A DNA stretch of 64,000 nt from Octopus sinensis (taxonomy: Eukaryota): positions 42,594,001-42,658,000 of the forward strand of contig NC_043000.1 in assembly GCF_006345805.1 (NCBI RefSeq), written 5' to 3'. Below the pieces are notes generated by a model that did no database searches, was not told the DNA's origin, and worked only from the letters and a program-made list of their open reading frames with translations. Position 1 is the stretch's first letter. Each line of letters opens with the position of its first letter. Shown one piece after another: positions 54,081 to 64,000 of the stretch. A program made the translations under genes and the position numbers.

Positions 54081-55089
54081 AAAACAGGTAGTATTTAGTT
54101 GATGTGCTTAGTAGGATAATCTACTGTTACCTTAATAGTTTGGTTGATGAAATTAGCTATTTGCTGGATGTTTTCCATGGTACTAGCTTCTAGTTCATAG
54201 CTATCTAATTCGAGGTAAATTTGGCTGTTATTATTACCAGATGAGTGACCACAAGGCAGACAACTGATATTTGAAAGGTAATGATACCTGAAATGCACGA
54301 TGATCAATAAAAAATATTAGTTACGCACAGGAAGAAATAATCTGTAAATTTCTAGTTCTTATACAACAGTAACATCTCATTTACATGACGGAAACTATTC
54401 TTTAAAAGAAATAGCAAGATAGGCCTGTAGGAGATCACTCGGTTCCATAGAAATGGCAGCCAACAAAATATCGTTGAACTAACACGATCCTCTCTTTAGA
54501 AAAAGGAAATAATACTGGATAATTCTCTTCTCGACCCAATAAACCTGAACAAACTGTGAGGTAGTCGAGGTTGGAATTCATGTAAGATAGCGCTGCTTGT
54601 TGAGCACACAACAATGGATAAGTAAAAGAAACGCAACTGATCAACGAAAAATCTGCATCAACAGATGTTGCAAACTCAGCGAATACATTTACCAAGATTA
54701 GTGCGATAAATATGTCTATCTACAATAAGAAAATTACATTATATATATTCACTGTTATCATTTCCCGGTCTGAAAAAATTAGCAATTTATGGGGAAATAT
54801 GGGAAATAAATAAAATCAGTTTTGGATATATATCTAACTACCTTTGATGTGAAGTTGATTTCATGAAATAACGCATATGCTGAATTAACTATAGATAGGG
54901 ATAGTAGTGTGTGTGTGTGTTTGTGTATTTGATACAGTATGCTAGAAATGCAAATGAACACAACATACATGTATGAACATATATGTATATACATATACAT
55001 ACATGCATTCATGTATACACATGTATACACATATATACATCCACACTCACACACACAGGCACACATATTTATGTATTACTATGTAACTG

Positions 55090-55320
55090 TATCGATCAGA
55101 TTATCGGATGTTACACTACACCACTGGTCACAATGCGCTTCTTATTGTTGTAGTTTTCCAATGATGCCAGCCCTCTCACTAGGTAAGCACACCAACATGA
55201 GCTGCAACACCGTCAAACGAAATGACTTGCTCAAGAACACAAGACACCGCCGGACTAGAAATCGAAACCACGATCTTGCTATCGTGGATGCAACGCCTTA
55301 AATACTGGACCACGTCACTT
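55090..55320 (-). mobile_element. SINE (composite of the 31835 and 32366 families)
   Basis: CTTGCTCAAGAACACAA...ATCGAAACCACGATC head/core, plus CTGGTCACAATGCG tail shared with 32391. Confidence 0.6.
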
Positions 55321-55449
55321 CACAAACGCACACACACGCAGACACACAAACACACACACACACACGCACACACATACCCTTACACGCTCGCATACACAGA
55401 TACATATATACATATATGTATATATACATATATATATGTATATATGTAC

Positions 55450-55525
<76 letters not shown>

Positions 55526-56464
55526 ACTATAAAAGTGAATTTGTATATGTGCGTATGTGCGAGTGTGTGCGCGCGCGTATGTTCGTTATACATTCCAAAA
55601 CCGAGTTGCCGGTTTTGACGTAAGGAGTATCAAAAGATTCAGTAAGCTTTTGGCTACCAACTAAAGTATAATTTCATTCACATACGTGCATTAAAAAAAT
55701 TAACATCATCATTTTTCTTTTAGTTACCGATCGTAAACAACATTTTATATTACCACCACAACGACGATGGCGACACATTTTGTCTATAAATGTATTCGTA
55801 CGTTCGTTACGTGTAGTATTTCCTTATCATTTCTCACATTGTTTCCATTCCTGCCGAACATGTTTTTTACCTCTTACTTATATCAGTCATTAGACTGTGG
55901 CCATCCTGGGGCACCCCCTTGGAATTTTTCGCTGATAAATTAATCCCAGAACGTATTAATTTTTTTTAAAACCTGGTACTTATTCTATTGATCTCTTTTG
56001 CCAAACTGTTAAGTCACAGAAGTAAACACACCCTCAGTTGTCAAGTAGTGGTTGGATGCACACACATTCATACATACATATATACATGATGGGCTTCTTT
56101 CAGTTTTCATCTACCAAAACCACTCACAAGACACTGGTCAACACAGAGCAGAAGAGACTGTCCAAGGTTCTGCGCAGTGAGACTGAACCCAGAACCATGA
56201 AGATGGGAAATGAGCTTCTTACCACACAGCCGCATAGATTCTCTCCAAATTCCTCACATACGTTTTAGGACCTTTTCATTTTTGTCTCATTTTTATCTTG
56301 TAGAACTGTCTCAGTTGTATGAAAAATATCGGTACAAGGCCTCAAATTTCGGTGGCTGAGCTGTAAAGAATTGATTTGACTCCAGCACATAATTGGTATC
56401 TATATTAATTTCAGTGGGACTTGAACATTATATATATAAATAATTGAACAAAAACGCAACATTC

Positions 56465-57870
56465 GGGCGGATAGGCGATACAAAGGCGGACAGGAAAAAT
56501 AGGAATTAGAAGGACAAGAAAGAAAAGGACACGTTATTCGTTGCCTTCTTTCGTCAGTCAAATTACTAGATATCCTTACAGTTTCGGGCAGTTACATTTC
56601 AGACCATTCGATCTGGTTGCCCCACAAAACGTCTAAGTTAAGAGCATTAGATTTTTTGTAAGAAAGCTAACGAATGTGTACGACAACAAAGACAAAAAAA
56701 CTGAGAACATGTTACACAATTACAAATACAAACAATAAGAATATAACAACAGGTGTCATTCGGTTGAGGACGAATCAAATTGAGCTGGCGTGTGTAAAGT
56801 GAAAGCCTTAAGGCAGGAACATAGGAGATAGACATAAGAGGTGTTGGCGGTCAGCAGTAAAGCCAAGAAAGGCAGATCATGGCTGGCCGAACACCGGTCA
56901 CATGGAAGAAGGTGAGAGGGGTAGGGAGCAGCGGGATTGAAGGATTAGTAAAGATCAAAGAGACACAAAGAAAGGTACAGTGGACATAAATGAAGAGGAA
57001 AAGTGGGAGTGACAGAAAGAGAAGGCCAAGAAATGTGAGAGAGAAGGACGAGGAAAAGAAAAGAGGAAGAAAGTATGAGGGTGACTAAAATTCATAGTAA
57101 AAGAATAGTACAAAATTTAGATACATACTCACTATAAAGTGAGCTAACGTACGTACGCTGCTATATGTATATATAAATATTAATAAAAAAAACAAAGTGC
57201 AATAAGGGACAATAAAACATTCGGACAGATAGACGATACAAAGACGGATAGGAGAAACAGCAATTAGAGGGACAGGAAAAAAGGGATGGGACATCTGTGG
57301 CCTTCTAACGTCAGTCAAGTTACCAGATATCCTTACAGTTTCGGGCAGTTACATTTTAGACTGTTCGATCTGGTTGCCCCTCAAAAAGTCTAAGATAAGA
57401 TCATTAGATTTTTTGTAAGAAAGCTAACGAATGTGTACGGGAACAAAGACAAAAACTGAGAACATGGTACACAATTACAAATACAAACAAGAATATAACA
57501 ACAGGTGTCTTTAGACTGAGAACGAATCAAATTGAGCTGGCGTGTGTAAAGTGAAAGCCTTAAGGCAGGAACATAGGAGATGGACATAAGAGGTGTTGGC
57601 GGTCGGCAGTCAGGCCAAGAAAAGAAGATCATGGCTGACCGAACACCGGTCACGTGGAAGGAAGAGAGATGGGTAGGGTGCATCTGGATTGAAGGATTAG
57701 AAAAATCGAAGAGACGAAGGGAATGGTACAAGGGAGATAAATGAGGAAGAAATGTGAGAGTTACAGAAAGAGAGATCCAAAAAATGTGAGAGAGAGGGGG
57801 AGCGAGAAAAGAAAAAGTGAAGAAAGTATGAAGGGGACTAAATGAGAGTAAAAGTTGTACAAAATTATAT
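56465..57870 (-). repeat. Two diverged tandem ~756-bp units, probably pLTRs of the adjacent PLE
   Basis: TCCTTACAGTTTCGGGCAGT at 56574 and 57330; the units lie 3' of the minus-strand PLE ORF. Confidence 0.75.
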
Positions 57871-57899
57871 ATATAGATATATATAAATGTTAGTCCAAA

Positions 57900-60290
57900 T
57901 CATTACTAATTCAAATTATTTGCCGGTGAAGACTTTTGATGCCAGATTTTGGGAGACCATGGACCACTCGTGTAGTGAGTTGATAACAGCGAAATCTTAT
58001 CTCGTGTTATCTTATCGTGTTATCTTATATCTATTATTTTTTGAAATAGTATTTCCAGGTGCCGTTCGAAGGTCATTTTCTAATTTCATTTAATTCTGTG
58101 TACTGTATTGAATAGTGGAGGATCATTTGAGGCCGTTAATGATACGTTGTAATATGATTATGTGATGAAAGCTCAGATTCTTTTGAGGATGCAAATAGCT
58201 CGGATTCTTTGCAAATAGCTCGGAATGTTAATATCATCTTAATGAAGTATTTTCCCATGTACAAAGGATACAGCGTTTACGGCGGCTTTAGAGAGAAAAA
58301 TTGGTTGACCTATTTAGGAGCATTTTCAAGTAATCAAATTCTGTGGACGCATTATTTTTTCTCTGTCCTTAGAATGTCAGGTATTTCAATTTTTTTAATG
58401 TTTGGTATGGACAAATCGCACCTGGCAACAACATTCAAGGTTGAGACTGATGAAAGACAGAGTATAAAGATGATGGCATATGAAATTCTGGGCCAGAAAC
58501 TTTTAAGTATCTAAGAGCACATCATGCGAGCTATATCAACCTTATTGTTGATGTAGACGTTCTAGTTTGGACTGTTTTAGATTACGTATGTTTTAGATTA
58601 GAAAGATGTCCTCACTTGGAAAATAAATGAAGTTTTTAAGGGGATATATCCCAATGTAGATGAGCTACATTTTTCTGGTAACTAAAGAGGAACATTCCAC
58701 TGGTGTATTATGCTAAATTTTACTTATTAGTATCATGATATTCGAAGTACCGAACGTTATGTCGGTGATAATGTTTTTGAAGATTACTCGGTAACAGTGA
58801 AAGAGGTCTTAATCTATACAAACGTTGTCACTTCGTACTCTTTACAGTTGGAAAGAAGATTTGATAGAGAAAATTCTTACAAATAGCATAATTGGAATAT
58901 TTTAAAGAAAAGTTACTGACTTTAATGATGAGAAATATTAATGAATTTATGATGGTTATGATTAAGGAAAGAAAACGACAAATATAGTTGTTGAGAAACC
59001 ACAACGGGAAGAGCAGATGTTATAAAATGACATATGAAGAATGCACAGGAAGAAATTTAAGAAAGATGGGGCACGAAAATAAGAAATATTGAAGGGAGGA
59101 AAATAAAGGGTCGAATATATATTTTTAATTGGTACCTGAGGACTCTGACAGAAACTAGAAATATGACAAAAGAGGTAAGATATAAAAACTTCGAAATCAT
59201 CGTTCAAGGTGATGTGAAAAGTAAAGAAGCAAAATGGTAAAGATGAAAAGAGAAGGAAAAAAGAGAACAAGGTAGATTCAATTGAAATTAAAGTACAATA
59301 TGTTATGTATGAGAGGCGTTGGATAATTTATTAAAGCCGTGCTTTGGCAAATTAGTGCGAGCAAAAATAAACTATGATATGCTAAGACAGTATGGAGAAT
59401 GCAAATGAAACTGACAACGATATAGAAAAGAATTATGAACACTAAAGGTACATATATGACAGAGATTTATGAGAAAAATGCTTAAATGATAACTTTCATA
59501 TTTATGGTGACGATAAAGACTCAATAACATTAGATGAATGGTGGCAGTTTCTGATAAAAATGGGGACTTTTAATTTGAGTTTAAGTGTTATTAGATTTAT
59601 TAGTGTTCCGATGTAATGTCTTAAATACGCCAGGAATACGAGATGAATTTGTGCGATATATGCCATATTTTCGGGCAGAGTTAAGCAGCGCGTATAGGAA
59701 TGAAAAAGAGTACATATTTTAGATTAATATTGATAATTACATTAATATTAAATGGCTATGTTTATAAAATAAGATGCTTTCAGAGCAAAAAAAACAAAAT
59801 AAAACCCCCCAAAAAACCGAAACAAGACAAAGAGATGTTAAAAATGCTATTGCGGGCTGATATTAAAAATCCCATTAATATTAAAGGTGACTGTTTAAAA
59901 AAAATATATAAATCTAGTTAAAATGATCTAAATCACTGAAATTACAATGGGATATAACAAAAAGAAACTTATCAAAAGGAGATGAGATGAAAGATGAAGC
60001 CTGTTGAATTATATAAACGTCCGAAATGACAATGCGGTATGACAAAAGTAGGAATACATTATACTAATAGGGGTGGCCTGATGTGTGACGTAGATTAGAA
60101 TGGTAGTTTAAAAGTTGCAAGTAAGTTAATAAAAAAGAAATATGTATTGGAAATGTAATATGAAAAATTATAAGCTATGTGAAGGTTGGAGTAAATATCA
60201 AAGATGAGCTAAATTAGCTGACCTAGCGCTAAAAAAAGGAGAGCAAAATTAATATATATATAAATGTAGGTTGTGGATGAAGAAGAACAT
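57900..60290 (-). pseudogene. Long decayed Penelope-like ORF (RT to GIY-YIG)
   Basis: Degenerate motifs in the expected order on the minus strand: LP...IRP (~60080), VFLAYLRHYIG (~59625; cf. RYIDDxxG), CQF...YC (~59400), LNVVARCDL...LRT...VH (~58400), NGLK (~58130). Confidence 0.5.
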
Positions 60291-61399
60291 AGGCACTTGT
60301 CTTATTCCTTTAGCATTCTAGTTCTTTTACCACCATTCCGATTCCTATTGTACGACCAACCAATCAAACAAACACACTCACAGAATAATATATATATATT
60401 TTTTCCGTCATATCTCATTGTAATTCTAGTTCTCTAGATGCTTTTGTTTTCATATTTTTTACCAAACCTCATTTCATTTCGATTTCTTTTTGAAATATAT
60501 ATTGTTATATGGGCCTTTGGATAATTTCGACATGTTTTATACCCTTCTTACTCCCAAATCCTATTTTATAGCCTCAACCACTATTATTAACACAATTCTC
60601 AATATTAATCGAATATATGCTTTACTCAGTTCACATAGATGCTACTTTATACTGCTTGAAAATAAACTATCGTACACATCCATCTCAGAATTGCCTATGT
60701 ATTTCCATCATTCCAGCCAAACTATAAAACTTCTGCTTACTTAAACCGTAATTACAGTCCCTTTCCTGTCATAGCAAAGCCGACTCTTTATCTAGTTTTA
60801 TTGATAATTTACTCACATATATTCATTGTCACTTTACCTTTGAAGGCTTTCTTTTTACGTGCTCACATTTTGTTTTATTGTCGTTCATTAAATTTACCTC
60901 CGGCTTCAATAATTCTTATCTATTTCGACCAATTTACTTGTATCATTCATACTAATTCCTTATCTGATAATCTATTTCTTTCTACGATAAGTTCCAACAT
61001 CCGGCACTAATAACAACGCGACATATTTACCCCTTCAGTTATAAATTCAGATCATATTCAGCTTGAATTATCTTACTTATTTTCAAACATAAAATTAGAC
61101 CAACTTCATATTTACTCTAAAATATACATCAATTCCTAGCGTTCGATTCTTCTTACTTGCATCAATATTCTACAATCTTCTGTCACCTTCAAGTTATTCC
61201 GTAGCCTTATTTGGTAAAAGATTTTTTAACATCTGCTCCGCACATCTCTTTCAAATGTAAAATCTTCGTTTTCATCTGTCTGTATCACATCTTAAAATCC
61301 CTACGTTCTTTCATCATCATCCTCGATTGAAAATTTAATTAAACTAACACACAAAAAAAATATATATATTGAAATATTTTTACCGAGGAAGATCTAATG

Positions 61400-61459
61400 T
61401 CACTGATGCATTTCCTGTTGTCCTGTTATATATTACAGAAACCTGAAACGTACGTATGA
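61400..61459 (+). ncRNA. Degenerate hammerhead motif
   Basis: UCA CUGAUGC (A9 mutated)...UUUCCUGU/ACAGAAA...GAAA CGUACG UA UGA. Confidence 0.4.
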
Positions 61460-61610
61460 AGTGATTTCAAAATATCACTTTTGAGATTGACCTCATTATT
61501 GCATCTCACGCACACACAGATACACACACACACGCACACACACACACAGCTTCAAAATAGAACTTTATCATGGAAGAATAAGAAATGCTCATTCTTTATA
61601 TTTTCTTCAG

Positions 61611-61644
61611 GTCACGTGGTGGTGGTGGGGTCAATGAAATTTGA
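61611..61644 (+). CDS. Candidate terminal exon (phase 2) encoding SRGGGGVNEI*
   Basis: Strong acceptor ATTCTTTATATTTTCTTCAG, followed by complex UTR-like sequence with ATTAAA at ~61942; reading frame is a guess. Confidence 0.25.
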
Positions 61645-62099
61645 CTATTAATTATTGCTGACTGCTATTGGATGGGGTTGCTGCTGACTGACAATAGAAT
61701 CAATAGCAGCTGAATGCTACATGGTGGCAGACAATTTCCTCACGGAGATCAAGAATAATCTCTTTTGTTATGGGTGTATGAGATCGTCAATATTCAGTGA
61801 GTTTTAAAGTGATTTGTAAAATTCATGAAAATATTTTTAACAAAATATCAATGTTACAAGGAGTCAATCAATCCCAACTGGATAGTAAGATGACTGTGAA
61901 GTTGTTGGTTATGGAGAAGAATTGTACTGCGAGTAACGCGGATTAAAACTTATGAAAGCATACTTTGGAAAATTCTGTTTACATACGTTTGTAATTTTGA
62001 ATATACATGCTATTTCATAACATTTATTCTCTTCATATTGTCTCACATACAGCAGTATTCAACTTCTTTCCTTAAGCACACACATAGTCCTGATATATA

Positions 62100-63727
62100 C
62101 AGTTGCGGCCAAAATGTTCAGAACGGCATTGTTTTCGTCAGAAAAGTAGGTATAAGTTTTTATCAAAGTTGTTTTATATTCTATAATTTTCCCAAACAAT
62201 AAATACGATATGAATTGTTATTGTCTGATATTTTGGTGTAATTTGAGAGGATAATATAAAACGTATGGATGATTTAGTGATTTACTGCAAAACCCATGGC
62301 GGCCAAAATGATCAGAACGGTTGAAAGTATAACAAAATAATCAAAAATGACAGAGAATACTGGAATTATTTAATATTTAGTGTGAGGACCTTTAGCTTCA
62401 ATCACACTTTGACATCTTCGACTGCATGAGGAAATTAAATTTTCAATTTCTTGCTGGGTAATCTTATTCCATTCTTCCTGAAGGGCATTCCATAATTCCT
62501 TGGTTGTTTTAGGATTTCTGTCTTTCGAAGGTTTTCCTAGAATATTCCACACATTTTCAATAGGATTGAGATCTGGGCTTTGAGCAGGTCAATCCATAAC
62601 AATAACCTTTTCAGCCTTGAGGAAGTTCATGATCACCTTAGCCTTTTGACATGGGGCATTGTCCTGCATGAATATCGGTGGTCGCTTAGCTGAATTTCTC
62701 AGCACAGGTAAGGCATGATCTTTTACAAGTTGTTTATAAACTCCTTCATTTACCTTTCCATGTAATTGCACCAAAGGGCCCCACGCCATCTCTAGATATC
62801 ATCCCCCAAACCATGACACTTCCTCCACCGAATTTAACACTAGTCTTAAGGCATTTAGGCGACAACTTTTCACCTACTTTTCGACGAAAGTACCTTTTCC
62901 CATCTGAGCCAAATAATATAAACTTAGATTCATCACTGAATTGCACTGTTTGCCATTTTTATTGAGACCATAACACATTTCGGTTGCAAAGGTAAGATGA
63001 CACTTTTTATTCTTGGAGCTGATCAGTGGCTTCACTGCAGGTACTCTTGCTTGTAGGCCATGTTCAACTAAACGACGAGACAGTTTTTCGAGATAAGGTT
63101 TTCTTCAGTACAATGCTCATTTCCAGAGAAACAGCAGCAGCTGTTTTAAATCTGTCCTTTTTAACCAATTTTACCATAGCACGATCTCCTCTCTTGGTCG
63201 TTTTCTTGGCCTACCTGTAGATTTTCTTGCTTCACACGAACCACAATCATCGTAGACCTTAAGAATACCGTGAACAACACTTTTTGACTTGTTAACAATC
63301 GTTGCAATATACCCAATACTTAAATTATCATTCTTTCGAAGCTTAATAATCTGCTGACGAATTGGTAACAGAGTAAGTGGCATTATATTAACAAAGTACA
63401 CTGCAGATATTCTTACTAATGTTTAGTAAACGAACCGTCACGTAAACAAATTCAAACATTAGAGTTCGCCGGTTAAATATACTAAAATACAGAGTAAAAG
63501 CAACCGTTCTGAACATTTTGGAAACCATGGGTTTTGCAGTAAATCACTAAATCATCCATAGCTTTTGTATTATCCTCTCAAATTACACCAAAATCTCAGA
63601 CAATAACAAATAATACCGTATGTATTGTCTGTGAAAATTATAGAATATACAACAACTTTGATAAAAAAACTTAAACCTACTTTTCTGACGAAAACAATGC
63701 CGTTATGAACATTTTTGGCCGCAACTG
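62100..63727 (-). mobile_element. Near-full-length Tc1 (D,D34E) transposon with IR/DR-type long TIRs
   Basis: TA|CAGTTGCGGCCAAAA...TTTTGGCCGCAACTG|TA; ~225-bp TIRs (62100-62323, 63501-63727), each with two DRs GCGGCCAAAATG(T/A)TCAGAACGG. Confidence 0.95.
62370..63383 (-). pseudogene. Tc1 transposase, frameshifted
   Basis: GRPRK, FSDESKF, KFGGGSVMVWG, QDNAPC, QSPDLNPIENVW, ending KGPHTKY*; split across several frames. Confidence 0.93.
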
Positions 63728-64000
63728 TATATATCAGGACTTAACTCTTGGATCGATAATGATACGAGTGAGCAGTCTAATGTGGGTCTTGTGTTAGCAA
63801 GACCCACATAACAAAGCCAAGGCTGTGAGAAGTTTTCAGAACATTTATAATGAAATAGTCTTACTGCTGTTTCTGAGATATTAAGGATATCCTTTGATCA
63901 GAGACGGTGTGAGCAAATATTTGAGTTCGAATTATTGTAGAAAAGGAAGAGATAGGGAATATAGAGGGAAAGAAGAGAATGAAAGTACAAATAAGATATA

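Noticed and set aside
54095-54307. Minus-strand ORF with good splice sites (YHYLSNISCLPCG...)
   Set aside because: It is one arm of the inverted repeat whose partner at 52737-52880 is not coding.
54557-54577. let-7-like TGAGGTAGTCGAGGTTGGAAT
   Set aside because: Only the first 9 nt match let-7 and there is no downstream star arm.

Overview
AT-rich, microsatellite-dense eukaryotic DNA with almost no coding sequence. The repeat content resembles octopus/coleoid cephalopod DNA; that assignment is an inference. Nearly all listed ORFs are (TA)n/(CA)n/(TAA)n artefacts. Recognisable content: three decayed mariner elements, one near-full-length IR/DR Tc1 element, a MITE, two Helitrons, a Tx1/L1-like LINE remnant, an R4/Dong LINE 3' end, many SINEs and several Penelope-like (PLE) remnants with fold-back palindromes. 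Three weakly supported + strand exons may belong to a large-intron host gene. The main signal is seven type-I hammerhead ribozyme (HHR) motifs, four well formed and three decayed. Three sit in short divergent retrozyme-like elements that share a second covarying structured module 50-58 nt downstream of the cleavage site. One sits in a tRNA-headed SINE bounded by a 15-bp target-site duplication. All alignments and folds were done by eye.
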